NCBI GenBank assembly: GCA_027923505.1
Contig: BROI01000031.1
Coordinates: 62,001 to 126,000 of the forward strand
DNA: 64,000 nucleotides
From: Mayamaea pseudoterrestris
Taxonomy: Eukaryota
Direction of reading: 5' to 3'
In this document: positions 34,470 to 45,211 of the stretch, piece by piece
Position numbering within the stretch: position 1 is the stretch's first letter
Layout: each line of letters begins with the position of its first letter
Position numbers and translations under genes: made by a program
The notes under the pieces: generated by a model
Database searches by the model: none
What the model was told of the DNA's origin: nothing
The model's input: only the letters and a program-made list of their open reading frames with translations

Positions 34470-36500
34470 TGCAGTCCTGTTAGCTCGCTCTGCAAGATGG
34501 AACCTTTTATCAAATCGCAATTGCTTGCGCTGACATTTGGTCTTCCTTTAAGAGCGAGGGTTCTGCGACTGGTTGATGGCTAGGACAGTATCTTCGTCAG
34601 ACTGTGGATCGGTACTTGTTTGCAAGGAAGGAGCCTCTGCAGACTCGTCCTCTTGCTCGGGTTCTTCGTCAATTTCCTCGTCAGGGATGGAGTCAACGGT
34701 AATAGGAGCTTGCACATTAGCTAAACCTTGAGCTGGCGCTTCAGTTGGTGCTTCGGTTGGCTGGCTGCCCTCTGGGGCTAGCTATTGGCTCTGCACAACG
34801 TCAACGTCGGTATATAACTCTTTGGTAGCTTCTGCACTTGTGCTCTTGTCTCTGCGGTGAAATTCAGCTTCTTCCTCAGTCCAGTAATCCTCCATGAACT
34901 GTCCTGGATACATATCTGCCTCAAGCTCCTCCATATCAAGGTCAAGCTCGCGGTTTGACCGAAACAGGTGAATCCATGGATGTCTGCATTGTCATATTTA
35001 GGGTTTGCCATCGTATCATACACCACATGGTGTGCTGAGTAACCAGATTGTGGATGAGTCCAGCGGTTGATAAATGAGCTGTAGACGTGCCCAAAACTGG
35101 CCTTGCCTTGAATGCGGGCGCCATTTTGGGATCTTCTTCTTGTCTTGCAGCTTTGGATCTAACGCAAAGGTAGGACAACCCCAAACTCTTGCACGGCTAA
35201 AGTTGCAACTCCACCGGAGACACCGGACATCACCTCCAAAGGCGTTACCTCCTCTAGATGGCATATTTTTCCACAACCAGCAGGCATAGTCCATGGCGAA
35301 AGGCCACAAACTGTCCTCAAATTCCAACGGCCAGTGCATTAAAGCATGCTGCATCATTGTTCTCGCCATCTCTACCACAATCTGAATGGAGCGTCTGCAA
35401 CATCTTTTTGATAATGTGCACCAACACCCCTCAAACTCAGTTGGAGTTGAAAATGCCATTGTCACCATGGAAGGCTTTGATTTTAAGTCCAGGCAGGGCT
35501 TCATCGAAAAAATCCAACAAGCCGCTTGCCCTTGATGGACTGACTCGGTGGATACAGAAGATAGCTCTGGAACAATGGTCCACGTAAATGGTAACGCAGC
35601 AGAATTGCATTCCTGTCATTTCTGTCAGAGCGTCGTCAACAAGAGCTCTTATCTTGCTGCACCGTTACTTGGCTAGTAGGCAGGCAGCACACTTGGGAGC
35701 AGGCCATGTGCGAGCACCATTGTGAGTCGGTTCGATACACGGACACGGCGGTGACAGCAGGCGTTGGCTGGAAGCAGGACACAAATGCGCTGGTACAATG
35801 ACCTCCACATTCTCGCCTTGCTCCGTGATAAACATCCAACAAACCTTGCCATGACCCGTGATAGCAGACTTGCCATTCGCGATATTGGTAAAGCCTTCTG
35901 TCCTTGACAACTCAACAAAATCATTCTTACAAAATGTCAGAGCAACGGAGCAACTAGTATCTATGATGACGGAGATTAGCTCCTCCTGACCACCTTGAAC
36001 AGTTGGCCTCGAATGCAACGCCATGACGAAATCAGGGTCAAAGATGTGAGCATTATATGCATTGCTATAGTCTTCCTTGTCCAAGCTTGATGGAGGCGGC
36101 GACAGACCCTGGATAAAGCAGTGAGTGGATAGAAGAGCTTTAGCTACCGTTGATGCGCCTTTTTGGCCTTGGAGAAGCTCCAACTTGCTTGGTGTCGGCA
36201 TAAGAGCCTGACACTGGGAACAGGACTTGGACTGGGATTTGAGCTTGATCTATATCGGTGACAGCATCAAAGAAAGCTACTTGGGGGAGGAACTTATGCT
36301 TGGCAGCAACAAAGAAATGGGCTTGGAGAGGGACTTTAGTGTCCTCTTCATCATGCTTCCGTTGCCGCTCGACTTTACACTGCTTGGCATTGGCTTGGAG
36401 CATTGCTAACCACTGCGCTTGCGCTTCCAAAAGACTTGGTAAATGTTGGTGAAAATCAAAGCATGTGTAGCCATCAAATCCCTTGGCTTGCAACTCATCT
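34470..36500 (-). mobile_element. Degenerate copia element of another family (protease-integrase region)
   Basis: VIIDTSCS (protease-like), PKCAACLLAK (integrase Zn finger), IYVDHCS, HGDNGIF, ARTMMQHALMHWP, LWPFAMDYA, WGCPTFALDPKLQD..KIPKW. Many frameshifts; boundaries approximate. Confidence 0.8.
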
Positions 36501-37216
36501 GCTTGGCTAGCAATAAAGCTGCTCGGCGGACTTGCTGGGCTTCTTCTCGAATAGCAAATTGGGGCGTATGCATCTCAACAGGACTCGGAGAGGGACCAGG
36601 ACTTGTAGACGGACTTGGTATCAACAAATAGGTGCACGAATCGTGAGTAGCACACCAATCCTTGTGACACTTGCATGGCAGCATGATTAGAAAGCATGAC
36701 GGCATCGAGGACCATCCAACACATTGGAAAGACGCGTGGAGATGTCCACTGGCACCGGATTTATTTAAGAACGAACCACAGTGCTTGGTAAACATAGTAA
36801 CAAGTTTCTTGGAGCTTGGAAAAGACACAGAGGAACGCAATTTCTGCAACAAGGGGACTGGCTTAGAAGGGCTATTCCGCTCGCGCGACCACGAACAGAT
36901 CCACCAGCGCCATTGCCATTGCTCCTGCCCTTGTCGCCACGGTGATCAGCCGTTACATGGGCCTTGTTACTGGTCACAGGCAACCAGCGTCGGCATCGTC
37001 GACAGTAAAGCTTCTCTGTTATGGCAAAGGTCTGCCGCTCGGATCCGCCTTCTGCCGGTTGTGTTGAGGCGAAACTGCGTTTTTTTCAGGTGTACTGGCT
37101 TGAAATGCAACTCCAGTGCGACTAGTAAGAATCCAGTCCTTCGCCAACTCTTGCGCCTTGCTGCGGGCCAACTGCATGAGCTCGAAGCAAATCATTGCCG
37201 TCCGGGCGCTATGGAT

Positions 37217-39831
37217 CCATCCCACGTTCTTGCCTTCCAATTTAGTTAGCGTGAAGCGACTAAAATGTATGCTTAATTCAGTCACTTGGAGCCATCTCCA
37301 GTCACATTGGTGCAAGTCTACAACGGGAGTCAAAACACCCTCCCAATGCCAAGGCAGCCATGAGTTTGAGCTGACGCAGATTAGCTCTTCACCTTGGTAA
37401 TTGCATGCATTGCCAATAACGGTCCAGACAACATTGAAGGCATCTTCATTGATCTATTTCTGACCTTGGTTTCTGACCTTGGTCACATGTCAGAATGTTT
37501 TCGACGAGCACGTTCCAGCCACAGACCTTCGCAAGTCATCCAGTATTTTGGTGGGGATTGCACATCTTGGAAAACTTCAACAGTCTTTTCCTCAAGCGCG
37601 AGTCATTCTATAATTTTAAGTTGATCCAATTATAGTATTGCTGGGCCATACAGAGAAAGCTGAGCTTCCAGGTCACAGCCAGTGCACCTTCTTGTTGTTG
37701 CGGACGCGTGTGGCATCAAACAAACCATATTTTTTGTGAATGAATGGAATAGTGACTTGGAGAAAAAAAGGCATCAAAGATGGAAAACAAGTGGTTTGCT
37801 TCTGGGGTACCGTCAATGGCGAGCAGATCAACCAAGGCAATAAGCTGACTCTGGTTGCTTAGGTACAAGTGCTTATAGCACCAGTCATGCCAAAACTGAC
37901 CGAATGTATCAAGCAGGTTGTCAAGGCCAATGGCTTTGTAGGACAAAGTTCCTAGCTGGCGCGGATCAATAGCCGTTTTTGAACAGATTGAACTGGTGAG
38001 GTCGACGGCGCCATCAAGATCAATGTGTGTATGTTGGTGTCGTTTTCTTTTTTGCATGCTTCCGCAGTGCATCTGGATGTTTAGCTTTTCACCCCAATGG
38101 AACAAAAAAGTGGATTGGCTTATCGCCCTATTTGCACGACAGAGCTTGCGCGGCAGAGCGTACGCAAGAAATGGAAGCCACCTTTCTACAGTTACAGACA
38201 ACAAAAAGAAATTGAAGTTAAACAAGATCCTTCAAAGCTGTGGGCGCACAGCGTGCACACTGCAGTGGTCCTTGACAATTAACTTGCTCGAGGTAAGTAC
38301 AGCAACGCATACGCCGCGTTTGCATTTGTCAGACACCTTTCTTGTTTTGTTTGGAAACCCTCAATGGGTCAAGTCGTCTGTACTAGAAATGTCAAGTTTG
38401 CACACACACACCTTCAACAGAGTCCTGTTAATGAAGGCTCAATGAGTGACAGTGCTTCTGCCTGCTTAAGTGACACCAACAAGGAGGATACAAGTGATGG
38501 CGACTCACTCCCTCATGATGAATCATCCAAATTAAGTGCCAATGGATCAGTCATCAGTCATCCAAACAGGGAGGGATTCTGCTCCTAGAGTCAATCATTC
38601 ACCAGTCCCCACGGTACCTCAAGTTGCCAGCATGGCTGTCATTGCAAATAGTAAATAAAAACGCCTTCCTTTGCCTACTAATGCTAAAGTTGCTTACCTT
38701 AAGGAGAACAAGCTTGTATGGGGACCTGCTAGGTTCAATAAGTATGACAATGAAACGCCAAGCCTGGGTTGTTGAGCCAAAGGACTGCAAGTTGCACACA
38801 CCTCGCCGTCTCCCTGTTCATACAGCAGGAGATAGAGGATTGAGATGGCCCCAAGGCAGCAGAAGCTAACTGGAGATGCTTCAATGTGTTCGATATAGAC
38901 GATGTGTTCCTCAACACGCCAGTCGCAACCGACTTGTGGATCAAATATGCCACCATTATTTGAAGAATATTGTCAATTGAGAGGAGTCCCTTTTGATCCA
39001 ATCAAGCAATGCTTGCGACTCGCCAACATGCAATATAGACACGTCAATACCCCAGCTTGCTAACACACAATATGGACAAGTCAATACCCCAGCACTGTGG
39101 CTGAAACACTTTGCAAAGATCCTACATGCTTCAGGAATGATGCTGACAAAGCGCGATCCATGTATGTTCTTCAAGAGGTTGCTGACCAGTGAGCTTCTTC
39201 TACTCGTTAAAATCTTTGTTGATGATGCTGCAGTTAGTGGAGTCTCTCGAGAAGTAGAGGAACTCAAAGCAAAGGTTAAAAAGTACATTGATATTAAAGC
39301 ATGCCAATGCCATCTACAATGGATTGCTGCATCACTGATTTAGAAGGATGTTGCAAACCACATTAACTTAGTGAGATCAATTTCACGCCTGAAATGATCA
39401 GGCTTATGTGCTTAAAAACAGCTGTTTTGCACAGAACCTCTGGCGCAATCTACCAATGTGATCGGTCGGAGTTTCATTCTTGGAACGTGCTACCTTAGGA
39501 CTCATTTTTTCAAACATGACGTAATTGCTTGCCACGTGTACACGTCTCATCAACGTGATAGGATTAGATATGGATCATGCAGCACGTCACTGTACTGCAA
39601 GCTGACTTCTCAGTACGTATCTTGTTCTTTTCACGCCTATCCAGTAGGCTTCCTGATTCATCAGCATACTTGATAAGTATGTTTTGCATATGCACTTGAG
39701 GCACTGTTTGGGGGCAATAATCTTTAGCACAATACAACATCTCCAACATAGGTCACCCTTCTAAGTGGAATGATTGCATGACCATCAAGAGCATCTTAAA
39801 TTGCTTTAAAACTTGCCAAATCCTCCTCTCA
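37217..39831 (+). repeat. Segmental duplicate (copy 1) containing decayed copia integrase, RT and RNase H sequence
   Basis: Direct repeat of 45170-48295 with internal deletions. RT remnants QYGQVNTPALW, RDPCMFFK and KIFVDD. Confidence 0.85.
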
Positions 39832-39970
39832 GTTTGGAGTCCAAGTACCCCGAGACTGGAAGGAAGCGCAACGTTTGCAGGAAGCTGCAGGGCACTCAAA
39901 GTGGATGAATGCGGAGGGCGTGGAGCTTGCGAACCTAGACGAGTATGAAACGTTTCAAGATCTTGGTCAG
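39832..39970 (+). mobile_element. ~140-bp fragment of a CoDi-I-like copia pol
   Basis: FGVQVPRDWKEAQRLQEAAGHSKWMNAEGVELANLDEYETFQDLG aligns by eye to FGVQVPNTWKEANRLDAANGNTLWADAVKTEMEQLHEYDTFIDKG at ~28208-28345. Confidence 0.8.
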
Positions 39971-40205
39971 CGTCTGTAAATAAACGTCCTTGCGCAAGTT
40001 GCAGTGGGAAAATTAGTACTTGATTTGGTGCACGAGCGCAGCGAGCATGGCGCTAGTAGTAATGTAGAAGTAGTATTTGAAGAAGTCGTCGTCATGATGA
40101 ACTTAGCAGGTTGCACACAAAAAAACAGCAACTGTAGCGATACCTTTACTTGTCATAGTGCATGGTGCCTTGTATGCAGCATATAGTACACAAGCAGGCG
40201 GAAAA

Positions 40206-40267
40206 GTAGCAGTGTGTTTAGAGGTGATATAGCCGGTTATCCTTGGTTCGATTCCGAGGTGTGCTAC
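40206..40267 (+). ncRNA. tRNA-like element without an anticodon arm (tRNA pseudogene or SINE head)
   Basis: Acceptor-like stem GTAGCA/TGCTAC, T-arm CTTGG-TTCGATT-CCGAG with a perfect box B (GGTTCGATTCC), box-A-like TGTGTTTAGAGG, followed by TTTT. Confidence 0.55.
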
Positions 40268-41523
40268 TTTTAACAGCATAGTGATACTACTTTCTGTTGC
40301 ATACCTGCTAAACTTGGAGCGAATCGTCGTTGTCGAAATGATGATGGAATCAAAATGAGATCTTTACTTGTCATAGTGCATGGTGCCTTGTATGCAGCAT
40401 GCTCGTGGTGCTGCAGCCACTAGTAGTTCTTGTTCTAAGCTTTGTCAATAGTCTCGCGTCAAATTCACTCGACGGATGCTGCTATGGTATGATAAGCGTC
40501 GTTACGAATCTCCTTTGTTTGGTTTTCGATCCTGTTCATCTCGTCGCTTTGTGCGAAACGCCACTCTGTCTTACCAGTACTCAGCCACAAGTACGTCATC
40601 CACGTACGTCAGCGTTCAGATACCGCATTACTAAGTTGGGATCGCGATCGAGCGATCGACCGACCGATCGTCTCACAGTTGCTTAGTCAAGTACATTGCC
40701 GGAAATCAGCGTGGAAAGACTCCCAAGCTCTAGTATGATCTGAGTGCACGCGGATCTTTTTGGGAGGTATAGGGTGCTGATTTGTGGAGGCATCCACAGT
40801 CAGCGCTCTATGCATCAAGCAACTGTCACACCCCTTTGTCTTAGCCGGTCGGTTCTGGCATCCTCTGAGTTCTTTGGGCTTGGAGGAGGGGAGGGTCCAT
40901 TGGGTATAGTCCATCGGGGAAAGTCCATTGGGGATAGTCCAGTTCTAGCAAGTGCTGCTGCCGACAACTGCCAGTTGTGGAACACTGTGGTTCACTCATG
41001 CGAGGCGATCGCAATGCCTGGTTGTTCAATCGGAAACCGACTCTGCAGCCGTTCCTACTGTAATTCACATCAGCTTTGGCATCGATGAGTTGAAGAATGC
41101 AAGCGCTAATGAGGCGGTTTGTTTGCAAACTGTTGCCGGCGATGCGTTGATGAGTATACTATCGGCAAGTACGGACGGTTATCTGTTTTGTCATTAAAGC
41201 GATTGCAGTTTTCACCCGTTTTGTAAGTTGTTTGCATCCCTCTCAGGCCACTTCATTGATGAACGATGGCAGCAGCAGCGACCAGTGATACTTTGGTTGT
41301 GGCGATAGTGTGTATGGAATTGAATAAGTACATTTTCATTGACACGATTGTACCTTGTGTGCCATTGCAGTGAGGTTTTGCCGGTACGTCGTGCGCAGTC
41401 CTTTATGCGTGTCACTGCTCATGCGCTCGTACTTATTCTTCCTATCCAATCTAACACCTGTACCATTTCGTTTGCACGTTTTCACAGATGTTACTTGGAG
41501 TTACTTCCAGCGGATCTATCCTC

Positions 41524-41859
41524 GCAATGTTACGTTTGCATGTTTAACACAGATGCCTTTCAAGTTACTCGTCAAGGAATCCTGCTATAACCAAGGCAGT
41601 CGGCTGGTCAAGTCGGCTGGTCAAGACGTTTGGCGGTACGTCATGTCTGCTGCTGCTGCTGCTGCTGCTAGTGTACTATCCTCGCCAATCTAATGTCTGC
41701 AATGTTACGTTTGCATGTTTAACACAGATGCCTTTCAAGTTACTCGTCAAGGAATCCTGCTATAACCAAGGCAGTTGGCTGGTCAAGTCGGCTGGTCAAG
41801 TCGGCTGGTCAAGCCGGCTGGTGAAGTTGGCTGGTCAAGACGTTTGGCGGTACGTCATG

Positions 41860-41892
<33 letters not shown>

Positions 41893-42250
41893 AGTGTACT
41901 ATCCTCGCCAATCTAATGTCTTTGCATGTTTAACACAGATGCCTTTCAAGTTACTCGTCAAGGAATTCTGCTATAACCAAGGCAGTCAGCTGGTCAAGTC
42001 AGCTGGTCAAGTCGGCTGGTCAAGACATTTGGCGGTACGTCATGTCTGCTGCTGCTGCTGCTAGTGTACTATCCTCACCAATCTAATGTCTGCAATGTTA
42101 CGTTTGCATGTTTAACACAGATGCCTTTCAAGTTACTCGTCAAGGAATCCTGCTATAACCAAGGCAGTCGGCTGGTCAAGACGTTTGGCGGTACGTCATG
42201 TCTGCTGCTGCTGCTGCTAGTGTACTATCCTCGCCAATCTAATGCCTGCA
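41524..42250. repeat. Minisatellite: 4 units of ~160-220 bp with nested 13-bp (GTCGGCTGGTCAA)n and (GCT)n tracts
   Basis: Repeated TTTGCATGTTTAACACAGATGCCTTTCAAG...CTAGTGTACTATCCTCGCCAATCTAATG, with degenerate related sequence on both flanks. Confidence 0.92.
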
Positions 42251-43804
42251 CTGTTTGTATGCTTGTATAACACTGATGGTTGGCCTTGTTTAACGGTACA
42301 TCGTGCCTGCTGCTGCTGATGCTGCTTAAATTATTTTTCCCTCGCAACTCTAATGCCTGCACTGTTCCGTTTGCACTTAATGCAGATATTCTTCAAGTCA
42401 ATCGGTGGCTCATCAAGGCTGTCGGCACATTGGTTCTTTCCTTTACACTGTTTACTGTGTGCCATTGCAGTGAAATTGTGCTGGTACGTCAATTGCTGCT
42501 CGTGCGCGCATTTTTCCCATCCAATCTAATGCTGCATTGCTTCGTTTGCTTGTTCACAGGGTGCTGCTCTACTGACCATCAAGGTAATGGCTCATCAAGA
42601 AATGTAGCTCATCAAGGCTTTGGCAAGAACATCAGTAGCACTCCCTTCTGGTTGCTGCACCATGCATGTTGCATGCAAACATGCTGCAGATTGCACCAGC
42701 TTCCTTTGCTTGCTTATATGTATTGTTATAATTTTCTTTTATTAGGATAACCAAACTTTTCTCTACGAGTCATAACACACGACACGCCTTCATTGGTACC
42801 AGTGAGACAAAGCTGAATGATGAATGCTCGATTCGACGGCACCACACAGTTGAGTGTCGTACTGGTTCTCTCATTCGGCACGTTGGATCTGTCATTGGTG
42901 GTCCAGCACGCAATGTTCCATGACATGTGTCAGGGCAATAGTTTAATTTGTATCAGGTGAGAATGCTAATCGATGACAAATTTTTTATTTAGCGTCAGTC
43001 ACAGTTCAGTGCTTCTGCAACGTGTCAATTGACAAAAAATTATGTCAAGCATTGTTGTGGAACAACCATCATGAAGTAGCAATGTTGAGGAACAGCTAAA
43101 GAACCAAGAATTGCTTCATGAAGAACATGTTTAACATGTGTATAACTCAATTTGAATCTTTGGTTCACGCAACCCGAACACCCGAACGGGCCAAAAGTGC
43201 CGAGCACCAAGCCACCGTGCCAAAATCCTCACACAAAATTGAAAAAGCAACTGCTCCAAACATCCTTTCACATCACATCCATCATACATCCCATCACCTT
43301 TCAACCATGGTAACCATTCCCAGCAACAAGAACCAAGCCAACGAGAGCAAAGCCAGTGAGTGAGTGATCCGTTCTCAGCGTTGTCAACAGCAAGCTCCCA
43401 CTCGCACTCGTTCCGCCTCGGTCCCTCGAGCACCTCGTTCCACCTTGGTCCCTCGAGCGTCTCAAGCACCTTGTTCCCCCTCGCTCCCTCAAGTCCCTAC
43501 TGCCTCCAAAGCTGGATTGCTAGTTGGATCAGCAATGGGTGGTGCAACGACAGGCGGCGCAACGGGCGTTTTTGTCAAGCTTCTCGAGCGCCTCATTCCA
43601 CCTCGGTCTCAGGGGTCACTATTGCTTTCAAACCTGAGTTTATAGTCGGATCAACGATGGGTGGCGCAACAATGGGTGGCGCGACAACGGGCGGCGCGAC
43701 GACGGGCGGCACGCCGATCCTCTGGCGCGTCGCGCCAAAAAAGGCCCAAAGGAAGGTACGTCCAATGTCAAAGCTGTTCTTCTTTGCTAATACAAGTACA
43801 CAAC

Positions 43805-45211
43805 ATGTCAAGGAACTCACACCATGATATTCCAATAATCTACAACATGCTTGCAGGATTGGATCCTAAGCTTGGTCTCTTGATTCACAAAACGGAAGCT
43901 CAAGTTCGCACCATGGCTGCTCAAGTTAGCCAGCAAGGTACTCAAGTTAGCCAGCAAGGTACCACCCTGGACACCATGGCCAAGAACGTCGGCAATACTT
44001 TGCAACTTGTCATTAGCATGAATAATGATATGGCTAACAACCATCAGGCCATCCTCACCAACCAGGCTGCCAACCAGCAGCAGATGCTCGACATCCTCAC
44101 CAACCAGCCGACGATCCTCACCAACCAGCAGCAGATGCTCGACATCCTCGCCAACCAGCCGATGATCCTCACCAACCAGCCGACGATCCTCACCAACCAG
44201 CAGCAGATGCTCGACATCCTCACCAACCAGCCGACGATCCTCACCAACCAGCAGCAGATGCTCGACATCCTTGCCAACCAGCCAACGATCCTCACCAACC
44301 AGCAGCAGATGCTCGACATCCTCGCCAGACAGCCGATGATCCTCACCAACCAGCAGCAGATGCTCGTCATCCTTGCCAACCAGCCAACAATTCTCACCAA
44401 CCAGCAGCAGATGCTCACCAACCAGGAGCAGATCCTTGCCAACCAGCAGCAAATCCTCGCCACCCAGGAAGGCATGTGGATGCTTGCGGCGCGGCAACAA
44501 CCAGCATGCGTCGCGCGCGTCGGTAATCAGAAATGTCACACCATGAGCTGTTCACATCCAGGTTACTTTAAATTTCGGATGTCCCAGCAGCAGATGCTCG
44601 TCATCCTCGCCAACCAGCCAACGATTCTCACCAACCAGCAGCAGATGCTCACCGACCAGGAGCAGATCCTTGCCAACCAGCAGCAAATCCTCGCCACCCA
44701 GGAAGCCAACAAGTGCGCCACAACTGGGCAGCTCAACACTCTTCTTGCCAACCAGATGCAGATGCTTGCCAACCAGACTGCCAACACGCAGGCCAACAAT
44801 GAGACTGCCAACACGTGGGCCATTGAGGTGAATCAGGCCATGGACCAGGCAAATCAGGCCATCAACCAGGCGAATCGAGCCATCACTAATGTGTACACGG
44901 CTATCGATACTTATATCACCAACAAGATGCGTCGCATGAATGACCGATTCAATACTTCTGTGTGCACTAAGCATGACTTGATGTTGCCGCCTCTTGGAAA
45001 CATTGATACACGCATTATGCAGGCAGGCCCAGCTGGTGTAGGCCAAGGCCAAGTGGGCACCAACGAAGAAGCCAAGGTTGGCGCGGAGGCTGAGGTGGGT
45101 GCCAACGAAGAAGCCAAGGTTGGCGCATATGCTGAGACAGTTGCCAATGAAGAAGCTGAGGTTGGTACACCATCCCACGTTCTTGCCTTCCAATTTGTCC
45201 AAGACAGTTAG
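43805..45211 (+). CDS. Gln/Asn-rich repeat coiled-coil protein (ILTNQQQMLD/ILANQPT repeats)
   Basis: ORF-track entry 43661-45211, first ATG at 43805. A probable upstream exon is suggested by a GTACGT donor at ~43757 with a CTAAT branch-like site. C-terminal (VGANEEAK)-type repeats. Confidence 0.6.
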   Translation: MSRNSHHDIPIIYNMLAGLDPKLGLLIHKTEAQVRTMAAQVSQQGTQVSQQGTTLDTMAKNVGNTLQLVISMNNDMANNHQAILTNQAANQQQMLDILTNQPTILTNQQQMLDILANQPMILTNQPTILTNQQQMLDILTNQPTILTNQQQMLDILANQPTILTNQQQMLDILARQPMILTNQQQMLVILANQPTILTNQQQMLTNQEQILANQQQILATQEGMWMLAARQQPACVARVGNQKCHTMSCSHPGYFKFRMSQQQMLVILANQPTILTNQQQMLTDQEQILANQQQILATQEANKCATTGQLNTLLANQMQMLANQTANTQANNETANTWAIEVNQAMDQANQAINQANRAITNVYTAIDTYITNKMRRMNDRFNTSVCTKHDLMLPPLGNIDTRIMQAGPAGVGQGQVGTNEEAKVGAEAEVGANEEAKVGAYAETVANEEAEVGTPSHVLAFQFVQDS

